DNA from: a virus
Taxonomy: Duplodnaviria > Caudoviricetes
IMG/VR virus record: IMGVR_UViG_3300006026_000017
Coordinates: 1 to 55,303 of that record
Reading direction: 5' to 3' (one strand)
Length of the DNA stretch: 55,303 bases
Positions 46,301 through 54,682 of the stretch are shown piece by piece. A model generated the notes under the pieces. That model had not been told where the DNA came from. It searched no databases and was given only the letters and a program-made list of their open reading frames with translations. Each line of letters starts with the position of its first letter. Position 1 is the stretch's first letter. A program made the position numbers and the translations under genes.

Positions 46301-47407
46301 GGACTTAATGAAAGTACAGGATATCTATTAGTTGGAAATGAGATAATTGAATATAATAATTATAATGAATCTGCGAATACAATAACGATTAATGCAAGAG
46401 AAATAGATTCAACTATTACAAGAAAACATCTTGCAGGTTCTATAGTGTATAAGTATGAATTAAATGGAGTTTCTTTGAGGAGAATCAACAAAAATCATAC
46501 TATGACTACAAATAGCAATACAATCAATTCAAATAAAACGATTGATTCGTATCAAATGCAATTTGATAGATCGTCAAGAACATCGGGAGATAATCTGTTG
46601 TCATTCGCAGATGAAAGAAAAGTTGGTGGAAATGAGTGTATTTTATCTCAAAATATTCAATATAATTCAATTCTTCCATTTTTTGATGTGTTTTCCCCAG
46701 CAAATACAGCAATAGAATCTTCTATAAGAACAGTTTCTGCTACTAGTGCTAGCGGATCTGAAGTGTCATTCCAAGATATTGGATATATCCCACTGCAATT
46801 AAATACTACTAATGAATTGAATTCAACTAGAATGATTGCATCTCATATCAATGAGACTGATAATTTATCATCTCTTCCCAATAATAAATCTTTGACCATT
46901 GCAATCAATATGCAGGGAACTACGTATGCTTCACCTATGATTAATATTAGTTCTTATGCAAATATAAATCTCTTTAGAAATAGAGTTGATTTACCAGTTA
47001 GAGATTATGTTAATGATTCAAGAACAAATCAATTAAGTGGTGATCCACATTCATCAGTCTATATTACGAAAAAAATAACTTTAAAAAATCCTGCAACATC
47101 TTTAAAAGTTCTTTTATCGGCATATAAAGATTCATCTGCAGATTTTAGAGTTCTTTATAGACTTTTCAAATCCGATAGTTCTGAAATTGATCAAACCTAT
47201 GAATTATTCCCAGGATATGATAATTTAAATAGTGGAAGACCTGATACTTTTGTAAGATCTAGTTTGGACAATGAATTCTTAGATTATGAATTTACTGCCG
47301 ATAATGTTTCAGAATATGATGGATTTGTTATAAAAATAGTAATGAGTGGAACTAATGAATCGAAACCAATCAGAATTAAAGATTTTAGAGCAATAGCATT
47401 ATCATGA
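40343..47407 (+). CDS. large virion structural protein, VrlC-like / DUF4815
   Basis: TNLN.SPYYDDF...VLFKPG.PVQ.RELT.LQSILQ, NYAAPG.DR, DPLAQSF, LFKSQNG.TW. Confidence 0.9.
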   Translation: MSQKTNLNSSPYYDDFDSGKNFHRVLFKPGFPVQSRELTTLQSILQDQVEKFGSHFFKEGSAVISGGVRYESQYYAVKVKSVVSGINISLYLNNLVGKEIKGQDSQVTAKIRSVLPASESDEGYNTLYVKYDQGNSSFEFQPFIDSEGLVVQESVVYGNTTIASGDLVAECIDFSATAIGSSYSISDSVYFIRGHFVNILGQELILDQYTNTPSYRIGLEISEEIITAKDDNTLYDNAKGFSNYAAPGSDRLKITAKLSKKLISDFDDKNFIEIERVNNGTIITRNEPTNNYNILEDYFAKRTFEESGNYSVKNYNIELQESLNDRVSSNGLYLNTELTLDGNTPSEDLSILKISPGTSYVEGYKIDTQSTYIDVEKPRETSQSTQTSVPFEMGNLLKVNNVSGTPIIGINNNSYLNLQSRRKESTIAGAGTTIGQARVYNFSPSETYENTSSQWDLYLFDIQTYTILTLNDAASLTASTNIKGRSSGASGYVVSVNGQEVTLNQTSGSFLQGEQILINGTTETSRSIKSIKIYDVSDIKSVYQNTEVLSGFSTDFVADSVLEKQIGNNFSIVDTLEINGGIATCPGKSFVGIKSDTIIRYQRSGIDSETFNRVESVSDDGSSITLSGLSTVSNVCDGAIANGQSVTFSFGFPTISNKQNASLFTELPASNIAEVNFLNSNINISKQITSKSTDSSGRLTVSLSDVGISSAFFDAFDEEKYSIIYSDGSIEPLSSDQFSLQNNIVTFKGLRTSQSSVTVNTSLKKSSIVNKLKTLDRSQKTSIAFTRSGISTSYGLTSNPYYGLRVEDDEICLNTTDVLKLLAIYESIDGAAPVLDTLSFNSSLGLDTNSILGEQVIGKTSNAVGQIVTRKSTSEIEIVYLNDQKFDPGETVLFKESLIESPISSITIGQYINRIGDYTLDNGQKNEYYGYSKIVRKFGVRSPSRRLLVIFDKYTSTGSMGDVFTISSYDTGLENIPLNSSGVRLSDLLDFRPRVSDFNVVTATRSPFDFLSRDFSATSFEVISPNESSTLFYSNYLPRIDKLVLDKQGKFRLIKGNPEINPSEPSNRFGGMEIASIELPAYLFNSRDAKISLIDNARFTMKDIGRIRDRVENLERVTSLSLLELDTKSLQIKDNDGFSKFKSGFVVDDFKDLSLVNISDPDNNIIIDINNNQLVTDRDEFSLKSILAPAQSLNLNTLDYNTDYELFDSNLKKTGDVVTLDYVEEEWGVLTQPLATRVSNVNPFNVISTTGTITLSPRNDTWTRTIVVQGAARTNWIAWWSGAETFENRLTSELINRTADPFMRSRNVEFQSASLPSLTRFYSSLDSNSQVDIIPKLLEISMVSGVFQVGETVQGFVGDQKIITFRVATQSHKRGPYNATINDEGAQFYTYNPYDNPNLVPLSGYNSASTVLNVDISSLAEEAVGEFNGRVEVGMTLIGTTSGAEATLTRNRLISDYEGHILGSFFIRDPNQSPQPSVRITTGEKTFKLSSNINSSEVLPEGYVVSTAEGNYTSEGTVQTIQEFLLTVRRQAPPPPPPPPPPPVNWGDPLAQSFAVTDDSGYISSIDLWFYQKDTFQPVILELRTMELGLPTTQLVSNNSVIEILPEDIVVSTDGRNSAFTRATFPSPVYVERGQSYAIVLLSPYSNNHYVWTAKMGESTSETKNLPDSETVIYSRQYIGGTLFKSQNGVTWSADQLEDMKFRVNRCRFTSTEGTAYFYNPSLQRTSLKRDFNSPSTYSTENNPITVYPRKLNVGLQTTFDSGSILTVGRKVGTDGSSTTGIIEQVGGEILTTTLTNVGVGYSVGSYSNVPLYNISGSGSGALANIVINSSGELSSLSIASSGIGYVQGDVLGLTTSNVEKGSGASITVASTRGINMLYLTDVVGETFYPNGTTALSYYNGNTAVSLGSTYTTSSVVSEEIYSGNVFEVYDHSHGMHASNNSVKIFGVEPTTVGVKLSQDLVADSNTLTVDNVGIFTTFEGQPVGSGLNESTGYLLVGNEIIEYNNYNESANTITINAREIDSTITRKHLAGSIVYKYELNGVSLRRINKNHTMTTNSNTINSNKTIDSYQMQFDRSSRTSGDNLLSFADERKVGGNECILSQNIQYNSILPFFDVFSPANTAIESSIRTVSATSASGSEVSFQDIGYIPLQLNTTNELNSTRMIASHINETDNLSSLPNNKSLTIAINMQGTTYASPMINISSYANINLFRNRVDLPVRDYVNDSRTNQLSGDPHSSVYITKKITLKNPATSLKVLLSAYKDSSADFRVLYRLFKSDSSEIDQTYELFPGYDNLNSGRPDTFVRSSLDNEFLDYEFTADNVSEYDGFVIKIVMSGTNESKPIRIKDFRAIALS

Positions 47408-47607
47408 TCTCAGTTGAAGGACATAAAAATCTTAAAAGAGACAATGAAACAGGTGCTATCATTAACGTTGATAGCACCGAATATAATCGACATGTTCAAA
47501 ATAAAAAAAATAGAAAAATTCGACAGGATGAAATTGATAACATTAAAAATGATATCAGTGAAATAAAAACTATCTTAATGCAAATTTTAGAAAACAAAAC
47601 AGTATAA
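47404..47607 (+). CDS. conserved hypothetical protein
   Basis: VEGH.NL.RD..TGAIIN plus coiled-coil; ATGA-coupled. Confidence 0.8.
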   Translation: MISVEGHKNLKRDNETGAIINVDSTEYNRHVQNKKNRKIRQDEIDNIKNDISEIKTILMQILENKTV

Positions 47608-47615
47608 TATAAATA
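47608..47615 (+). promoter_or_regulatory. T4-type late promoter
   Basis: TATAAATA. Confidence 0.85.
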
Positions 47616-47640
47616 TTCTATAGAAGAAGTCTCTAGATTT

Positions 47641-47979
47641 ATGTCAGTATATGTATCAAATATTGTAATCGAATCTGGTGCTAGTTTTGACACTGTTTTT
47701 GAATTTGAAGATTTTGCTGATGAGTCAGCACTCGATTTAACTGATAACACAGTTTCAGCACAATTGAGAAAGCATTATGGCAGTTCTACTGCTGTTTCTT
47801 TTGCTTCGACAATTACTTCTGCTTCTGGAGGAAAAATTTCCATTGAATTGTCTCCAACACAAACATCCGCTTTAAAACAAGGAAGGTATGTTTATGATGT
47901 AGTGATAGAAAGCACAGGAGGTAAAAAAACAAAACTTGTTGAAGGATCAGCAATTGTTCGTCCCGGAGTAACGAGGTAA
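47641..47979 (+). CDS. small virion structural/adaptor protein
   Basis: YVSNIVI..GA.F...AQLRKHYGS...GRYVYDV...VEGSA.V.PGVTR. Confidence 0.8.
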   Translation: MSVYVSNIVIESGASFDTVFEFEDFADESALDLTDNTVSAQLRKHYGSSTAVSFASTITSASGGKISIELSPTQTSALKQGRYVYDVVIESTGGKKTKLVEGSAIVRPGVTR

Positions 47980-47983
47980 TTAA

Positions 47984-48955
47984 ATGCCAAAAGTTCTTGT
48001 AAAAAGAAGTGGCGAATCTTTAGTTTCAGTAAAAGACCGAGTAGGTTCTGAAAATGCTGTAAGAGTTTTAACAAGTGCAGCATCTGCTCCTGCAAAATTA
48101 ACTCAACTCGATGATGTTGATAGTACTAATAAAACTGATGGAGTATTAGTAGTTTACGACGCACCATCCAGTAAATTTGTAATGACGGACACTATTGATG
48201 GTCCGATAAAAATTACTGATACGACAAATTCAATATCACCTTCTACTGGAGCATTAGTAGTTTCTGGTGGTATGGGTGTAGGTGGAAATCTTCATGTTGC
48301 AGGAATTGCAACATTTGGTACAAGTACAATTGTAATTGATGGTGATAATAATACAATTACTATTGGAGAAGAACTTTTTATTGGAGCAGAAGAATTAAGA
48401 AGTTCTACATTAAAAGTTAGTGGAAACAGTACACTTGGTTCTAGTGGAGGTATAACCACAACAGGTGGTGATTTATTTGTAGGTCAAGGTCTTCAAGTTG
48501 CTGGAGTTTCCACATTCATAGGACAAGCAACTTTCAAGGGAGGAACTATAAATCTTGGAGATGAAAATTCTGATAATATTAATATTGGAGGAGAGTTTGT
48601 ATCAAATTTAGTTCCTGATGCAACGAATTTATATGATCTCGGAACTGATGAGAAAAGATGGAGAAACGCATTTGTTTCAGGAATAACTTCAACAAATAAT
48701 TTATATGTTGTTGGAGTATCTACTTTTACAAATACCCTTAATATAACTGGTATATTAACTGCAAGTCAAGGTCTTTATTATGATGCTAATGATTTTGATG
48801 GTCCTAATGGAATTGCATATTTTAATAATACCGGGAAATTAGTAAGTGCTACTAGTAATGCCACAGAAACTCTTACAGAAACAAATTTAGTTCTAACCAC
48901 AAATTCTTCCGGAATTCCTAAATGGTCTTCAGTGATAGATGGTGGAGAGTTTTAA
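47984..48955 (+). CDS. short fibre-like structural protein
   Basis: L.QLDDVD, TGALVVSGG.GVGGNL.V, GVSTF repeats, C-terminal IDGGEF. Confidence 0.75.
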   Translation: MPKVLVKRSGESLVSVKDRVGSENAVRVLTSAASAPAKLTQLDDVDSTNKTDGVLVVYDAPSSKFVMTDTIDGPIKITDTTNSISPSTGALVVSGGMGVGGNLHVAGIATFGTSTIVIDGDNNTITIGEELFIGAEELRSSTLKVSGNSTLGSSGGITTTGGDLFVGQGLQVAGVSTFIGQATFKGGTINLGDENSDNINIGGEFVSNLVPDATNLYDLGTDEKRWRNAFVSGITSTNNLYVVGVSTFTNTLNITGILTASQGLYYDANDFDGPNGIAYFNNTGKLVSATSNATETLTETNLVLTTNSSGIPKWSSVIDGGEF

Positions 48956-48961
48956 TAAATA
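48956..48961 (+). promoter_or_regulatory. T4-type late promoter
   Basis: TAAATA before gp13. Confidence 0.75.
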
Positions 48962-48982
48962 ATTTTAAAGGAATATTCATTT

Positions 48983-49822
48983 ATGGCACAACCATCAACT
49001 AGACAGGAACTGGTGGATTATTGTCTTAGGCGTCTTGGTGCTCCAGTTTTAGAAATAAATGTGGATGATGATCAAATCGATGATTTGGTTGATGATGCCA
49101 TACAATATTTTCAGGAAAGACACTTTGATGGTGTCGAACGAATGTATTTGAAATATAAAATTACTCAGGAAGATATTGATAGAGGTAAAGCTGGCGGAAC
49201 AAGTGGAGTTGGAATAGTTACAACAACAGGAACATCGACGATTGTTGGAGCAGCAACTACTTTTAATTTTTATGAAAACTCAAACTACATTAAAGTTCCA
49301 GATTCTGTAATTGGAATAGAAAAAATATTTAAATTTGATACTAGTTCAATATCCGGAGGAATGTTCAGTATCAAATATCAATTATTTTTGAATGATATGT
49401 ATTATTTTAATTCTGTGGATTTATTACAATATAGCATGGTTAAAACATATTTGGAAGATATTGACTTTCTTTTAACTACAGACAAACAAGTTAGATTTAA
49501 CAAGAGACAAGATAGGTTATATTTAGATATTGATTGGTCTTCTCAAAGTAAAGATGATTTCATTGTTATCGATTGTTATAGAGCACTAGATCCAACATCA
49601 TTTAGTCAAATTTACAATGATTCCTTCCTTAAAAAATATTTAACTGCTCTTATAAAAAGACAGTGGGGACAAAATCTTATTAAGTTTAGAGGAGTTAAAC
49701 TTCCTGGAGGAATAGAACTAAATGGGAGAGAAATATACGAAGATGCAGAAAGAGAAATAGATCAGTTGAAACAAACCATGTCATTAGAGCATGAATTACC
49801 ACCCTTAGATCTTATTGGATAA
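48983..49822 (+). CDS. gp13: neck protein
   Basis: YCLRRLGAPVLEINVDDDQ...IKRQWGQNL.KF.GV.LPGG. Confidence 0.95.
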   Translation: MAQPSTRQELVDYCLRRLGAPVLEINVDDDQIDDLVDDAIQYFQERHFDGVERMYLKYKITQEDIDRGKAGGTSGVGIVTTTGTSTIVGAATTFNFYENSNYIKVPDSVIGIEKIFKFDTSSISGGMFSIKYQLFLNDMYYFNSVDLLQYSMVKTYLEDIDFLLTTDKQVRFNKRQDRLYLDIDWSSQSKDDFIVIDCYRALDPTSFSQIYNDSFLKKYLTALIKRQWGQNLIKFRGVKLPGGIELNGREIYEDAEREIDQLKQTMSLEHELPPLDLIG

Positions 49823-51252
49823 TGGCACTTAATCCCTTTTTTCTTCACGGAACTTCCAGTGAGCAATTTCTTGTTCAAGATTTAATAAATGAACATATTA
49901 GAATGTTTGGGATGGAGGTCACTTACATCCCCAGAAAAATGATTGATATTGATAATGTATTTAATGAAGTACAATCATCGAAATTTGATGATAATTTTAT
50001 TCTTGAGGCATATTTAAATAATTATGAAGGTCATACAGGTCAAGGAGATCTTATGACAAAATTTGGCATTTCTTTAAGAGATGAAATAACTTTAACTATT
50101 TCAAAAGAAAGATTTGAAGATTTTATTTCACCATTTTTAATCGGTAGACTTGATGGTGCAGAAGCTGATTCTAGTTATGATGATGGTTCTACGGTAAAGA
50201 TAAGTTCTAGACCTAAAGAAGGAGATTTAATATATTTTCCACTATCATCAAGATTGTTCGAAATTAAATTTGTAGAGCATGAAAGTCCTTTCTACCAATT
50301 AAATAAAAATTATACTTATGAACTAAAGTGTGAATTATTCGAATATGAAGATGAAATTGTCGATACAAATATTACAGATATTGATGAACTGCTTGATGAT
50401 CAAGGATACCTTGTAGATCTTACTTTAGTTTCAGCAGGAACAACTGCAACCGCAACTGCAACAATTGGAACTGGTTACATTAGAGAAATATTCTTAACTA
50501 ATGATGGTTACAATTATACATCTGCTCCAACTGTAGCAATCTCTACAGCACCTGCTGGTGGCACTAATGCTTCTGCTGTAGCAACATTAAAAACAGTTTC
50601 TGGCAGCAAAACAATAGATCAGATACTTTTGACTAATGCTGGTGCTGGATATACGGTTGCACCCACAATTACAATAAGTGGGGGTGGTGGAACTGGTGCG
50701 GCAGCAACTTGTTCTGTTGGTGTTGGTGTTACTGGTGTCGTTAGTTTGACTATGACTGATTATGGATCTGGTTATATTACTGCACCAACTGTAACCGTAG
50801 CAGGACCAGGATCTGGAACGACAGCAACAGTAAATTCAATTCTGTATTCTGGAAATCTTTTTTCTAGAATTAATACTGTAGATTCTCTTAGAATTATAAA
50901 TTCTGGTGTAGGATATACTGCAGCACCTACCGTAACTATATCTGATCCTGCAGTACTATCCGGAATTGGAACGTTTGAACTTGGAGAAAAAGTTACTGGA
51001 GGAACTTCGGGTACTATTGGAAGAGTTAAAAATTGGAATAAGGAAGATCTTATATTGCGTGTTGGAAATGTTTCTGGAACATTTGCTGATGGCGAAGTCA
51101 TAACAGGAGCAGAATCCGGTGCAGTTTATGCATTTAAATCTTCCACAGAGAATGAGACTATTAATGATAAATATCAAGATAACTTGGATATTGAATCCGT
51201 GGCAGATTCAATTCTAGACTTTACAGAATCTAATCCCTTTGGAACTTACTAA
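49822..51252 (+). CDS. gp14: neck protein with Gly/Thr-rich insertion
   Basis: EQ.LVQDLINE.I, RPKEGDLIYFP, FEIKFVEHE.PFYQL, LDFTESNPFG. Confidence 0.95.
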   Translation: MALNPFFLHGTSSEQFLVQDLINEHIRMFGMEVTYIPRKMIDIDNVFNEVQSSKFDDNFILEAYLNNYEGHTGQGDLMTKFGISLRDEITLTISKERFEDFISPFLIGRLDGAEADSSYDDGSTVKISSRPKEGDLIYFPLSSRLFEIKFVEHESPFYQLNKNYTYELKCELFEYEDEIVDTNITDIDELLDDQGYLVDLTLVSAGTTATATATIGTGYIREIFLTNDGYNYTSAPTVAISTAPAGGTNASAVATLKTVSGSKTIDQILLTNAGAGYTVAPTITISGGGGTGAAATCSVGVGVTGVVSLTMTDYGSGYITAPTVTVAGPGSGTTATVNSILYSGNLFSRINTVDSLRIINSGVGYTAAPTVTISDPAVLSGIGTFELGEKVTGGTSGTIGRVKNWNKEDLILRVGNVSGTFADGEVITGAESGAVYAFKSSTENETINDKYQDNLDIESVADSILDFTESNPFGTY

Positions 51253-52049
51253 TGTTAGGAACTTATTACTATCACGAAATAATCAGAAAAACTATCGTTG
51301 CTTTTGGAACGATGTTTAATGATATTCACATTAAACATGATAATTCTTCCGGAGGCACTTTAAGTGATATGAAAGTTCCTTTGGCATATGCACCCATTCA
51401 AAAATTTCTGGCAAGGATTGAACAACAAAGCGATTTAAATAAACCCGTTCAAATTACATTACCAAGAATGTCATTTGAAATGATGGGAATAAATTACGAT
51501 TCATCCAGAAAAACTTCAGTTACTTCAACATTTAAAGCGACGGATGGAGCAAATGTCAAAAAAGTATACATGCCCGTCCCATATAATATTAATTTTGAAC
51601 TCAACATTTTAAGTAAACTGAATGAAGATGCCCTTCAAATTATTGAACAAATTTTACCATATTTTCAACCATCATTTAATGTAACGGTAGATCTAATCAG
51701 TTCTATTGGAGAAAAGAAAGATATTCCTGTTGTTTTAAATTCAATATCTCTTCAGGATGATTATGAAGGAGATTATAGCACCAGAAGAGCTTTGATATAT
51801 ACATTACAATTTACAGCTAAAACATATCTCTTTGGACCTGTTGCCGAATCCACAGATGGATTGATTAAAAAAGTTATTGTTGATCAGCATGATGGAGTCG
51901 ATACACAAACAGCAAAACGATCTGTCAGATATACTGTCACACCAGATCCTATTACTGCCGGACCAAATGATGATTTTGGATTTAGCGAATCAATAGATTT
52001 CTTCACAGATTCTAAAGAATATAGTCCAACTCAACAAACTGACATCTGA
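51252..52049 (+). CDS. gp15: tail sheath stabilizer / tail terminator
   Basis: YYHEIIRKTIVAFGT.FN, VPLAYAP..KF, LPRMSFE, EQILPYFQP. Confidence 0.95.
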   Translation: MLGTYYYHEIIRKTIVAFGTMFNDIHIKHDNSSGGTLSDMKVPLAYAPIQKFLARIEQQSDLNKPVQITLPRMSFEMMGINYDSSRKTSVTSTFKATDGANVKKVYMPVPYNINFELNILSKLNEDALQIIEQILPYFQPSFNVTVDLISSIGEKKDIPVVLNSISLQDDYEGDYSTRRALIYTLQFTAKTYLFGPVAESTDGLIKKVIVDQHDGVDTQTAKRSVRYTVTPDPITAGPNDDFGFSESIDFFTDSKEYSPTQQTDI

Positions 52050-52054
52050 TTTTT

Positions 52055-52474
52055 ATGAGTGATAATTATCATAGCATAGATAAAGCTCTTAATGTTGAGA
52101 GTGGGATTGTTGATGAAAAATCATCTCAACAATTAAATATTGTCGAAAAAAAGGATCAGGATATTCAAAAAGATTATGAATATACCAGAGCAAATTTGTA
52201 TTCTTTGATAGAAAAGGGTCAAGAAGCAATTAATGGAATCATGGAAGTTGCCGGTGAGGGTGCAAGTCCAAGAGCATATGAAGTTGCAGGTCAATTAATC
52301 AAAAGTGTTGCTGACACTACAGATAAACTCATAGATCTTCAAAAGAAACTTAAAGATGTTGAAGAAGATACTAAAAAAACAACAAACAACGTAACTAATA
52401 ATGCGGTGTTTGTTGGATCAACATCAGAATTACAAAAAATGCTGAAGCAAGGTTTCCTAAATAATAAAGAATAG
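52055..52474 (+). CDS. gp16: terminase small subunit
   Basis: DYEYTRANL, SPRAYEVAGQLIK, NNAVFVGSTSELQKML. Confidence 0.95.
   Translation: MSDNYHSIDKALNVESGIVDEKSSQQLNIVEKKDQDIQKDYEYTRANLYSLIEKGQEAINGIMEVAGEGASPRAYEVAGQLIKSVADTTDKLIDLQKKLKDVEEDTKKTTNNVTNNAVFVGSTSELQKMLKQGFLNNKE
52458..52463 (+). promoter_or_regulatory. T4-type late promoter
   Basis: TAAATA inside the gp16 3' end. Confidence 0.7.
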
Positions 52475-52488
52475 TACTTTTATTAGTG

Positions 52489-53616
52489 ATGGCAACAAAA
52501 TCTGGTGATCAAGGACTTCGTGATTGGTTTGGTAAATCCAAGTCTTCTGATGGTAAACCAGGTTGGGTTCAACTTGGTGGCAAATATGCAGGAAAACCTT
52601 GTGCTCGTCAACCAGGTCAAACCTCCACACCAAAATGTGGCAGTTCTAAAATGAAAAGAAATTTGAATGATAAAGAAGAAGAAAGGGCAAGAAGAAGAAA
52701 AAATCGCCAAGATCCAAATCAACCAGAAAAAACTGGTGGAGCAAAACCAACTAACGTAAAAACTGAAGAAATGAATATTCAAGAAGTAAAAGACAAACCA
52801 GGTAAGGGTAGCGGCAAAAAAGATGCCTGTTATCATAAGGTAAAGTCTCGTTATTCTGTATGGCCTTCTGCTTATGCTTCAGGAGCACTTGTAAAGTGCC
52901 GTAAGGTTGGTGCTGCTAATTGGGGCAATAAGTCCGAATCATATGAGTTTTCTAACTGGAGAGATGATTTTAAGGCAACTGAATATGAGTTTATTGATCT
53001 TATCAAACCTGAACCACTGAAAGGTGAACAGATTGATGAAGGACAAAAGTGTTGGCCCGGATATGAGAAGAAAGGCACTAAAAAGATGTTTGGTAAGACC
53101 TACAATAACTGTGTAAAGAAGGAAGAAGTTGAATCTAAGATTGGTGGCGGCAATCTCAAAAAAATTGCAGGAAAGGCAGTAAAGAGAGTTGATGCTGATG
53201 TTGATGGTGATGTTGATACTAAAGACATGAAATCCAATGAAACTGGAGAGTTTTTACCATCACCAAATGGAAAGAAAAAGTTAAAACCGAAAGTAAGGTT
53301 TGAAGAATTTTCTGATTGGAGATCAGAACTTGAACTTGATGAAGCAATTGATAAATCCAAAATGAAGTGCAATAAACCAAAGGCGCAAGCAGTTGGAGAC
53401 TCACTTACTGGAAAATCTCATGTTGTAAAAGCATGTGAAGGTGGAAAGGAAAAGATTATTCGTTTTGGGCAAAGAGGTGTAAAAGGTTCTCCAAAAAAAG
53501 AAGGAGAATCTAAGAAATATGCTTCCAGGAGACATAGATTTCAATCTAGACATGCAAAGAACATTGCTAAAGGCAAAATGTCTGCAGCATACTGGGCAAA
53601 CAAAGTTAAATGGTGA
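52489..53616 (+). CDS. multi-module basic Cys-containing protein, putative head-internal polyprotein
   Basis: Lys-rich modules separated by TEE/IQE/IDE/KEE/LDE linkers; ends FQSRH...SAAYWANKVKW. Confidence 0.7.
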   Translation: MATKSGDQGLRDWFGKSKSSDGKPGWVQLGGKYAGKPCARQPGQTSTPKCGSSKMKRNLNDKEEERARRRKNRQDPNQPEKTGGAKPTNVKTEEMNIQEVKDKPGKGSGKKDACYHKVKSRYSVWPSAYASGALVKCRKVGAANWGNKSESYEFSNWRDDFKATEYEFIDLIKPEPLKGEQIDEGQKCWPGYEKKGTKKMFGKTYNNCVKKEEVESKIGGGNLKKIAGKAVKRVDADVDGDVDTKDMKSNETGEFLPSPNGKKKLKPKVRFEEFSDWRSELELDEAIDKSKMKCNKPKAQAVGDSLTGKSHVVKACEGGKEKIIRFGQRGVKGSPKKEGESKKYASRRHRFQSRHAKNIAKGKMSAAYWANKVKW

Positions 53617-53622
53617 GGTAGA

Positions 53623-53931
53623 ATGAAAAGTTTTCAACAATTTCTCTCAGAAAGCATCACTATTAATGGTGATTTTAACGGAACTCTTAATGTAGGAGGT
53701 TCTCAACCAGAACAGGCACAAGAATCATTCTTTGCTGATGTTGTCTGGGAAGGAAAGATGTATCGTCTAGAAGTAGAAGGTGCGATGCTTTCTAAGAATG
53801 AACTTGCAGAACAAATTCAGGACGAGTATCCTGGAGCGATTGTTCATAACATTTATCCAGGTCAGGTAAATACTTCGAGAATCAAAAACGCACAAAGATA
53901 TCAACCAGAAAGATTAAGTTGGAGTGACTGA
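53623..53931 (+). CDS. putative internal head protein
   Basis: N-terminus MKSFQQFLSE resembles the T4 internal-protein capsid-targeting sequence. Confidence 0.65.
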   Translation: MKSFQQFLSESITINGDFNGTLNVGGSQPEQAQESFFADVVWEGKMYRLEVEGAMLSKNELAEQIQDEYPGAIVHNIYPGQVNTSRIKNAQRYQPERLSWSD

Positions 53932-54668
53932 TGGGATTTAGGAATTATATTTGGGATGAAGAATTTAATTTAAATGTTTCTCGTGGTAAGACACGAGGAG
54001 CATCACAAATCCACAAGTTCGGTGCAACTCCATCTCAATCAACAAACACAACTGCAACGGTATGGGATAAAGAGGATACTCTCTATCCATGGAGTGCATT
54101 TGATACTGCTGGTGTTCTTGTAGCAGCACAAGTCGGTGCCGATGACAACGGTAAGGTTGTTACCATCCAAGGTCTTGATGAAAACTTTGAGTTGACATCA
54201 GAGACATTTACATTGTCTAGTGCTGGTACTGTCACAGGAACTCAGACATTTAAAAGAGTGTATCGTGGATTTATTTCCAGTGGTTCTGATAATGTCGGAC
54301 AACTTAACTTCAGTAGAGGCGGAACACAAGTTCTGAGAATTCTTGCTGGTGCAGGACAAACTCTAATGGCAATTTACACTGTTCCTGCTGGGTATACTGG
54401 TTATTTGTATCATGGTAACTCAAGTGCCGAAGGAAATGCTCATGGGACTGGTTTCATGTATGCCAGGTATAATTCCGTCGCAACAGCATTCAGAGTTGCT
54501 CATACATTTGAAGTAAATGGTAATGGTGGTCCTTATGATTATAAGTTTTCATTCCCACAGGAACTTCCAGAAAAAACAGATATTGATGTTCGTATAACTA
54601 CTGGTACTTCAAACAACGGTAGATTTACTGCCTCTTATGACATTTTACTAATTAAAAACGAGTTGTAA
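53931..54668 (+). CDS. hypothetical, probably beta-rich virion protein
   Basis: TGATG-coupled; IHKFG..., GQTLMAIYTVPAG, EKTDIDVR. Confidence 0.75.
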   Translation: MGFRNYIWDEEFNLNVSRGKTRGASQIHKFGATPSQSTNTTATVWDKEDTLYPWSAFDTAGVLVAAQVGADDNGKVVTIQGLDENFELTSETFTLSSAGTVTGTQTFKRVYRGFISSGSDNVGQLNFSRGGTQVLRILAGAGQTLMAIYTVPAGYTGYLYHGNSSAEGNAHGTGFMYARYNSVATAFRVAHTFEVNGNGGPYDYKFSFPQELPEKTDIDVRITTGTSNNGRFTASYDILLIKNEL

Positions 54669-54682
54669 AAAGGAGTTTCGTT

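Noticed and set aside
52475-54682. Intron, intein or homing endonuclease between or within the terminase genes
   Set aside because: No HNH, GIY-YIG or LAGLIDADG motifs; gp16 and the visible gp17 frame are uninterrupted.
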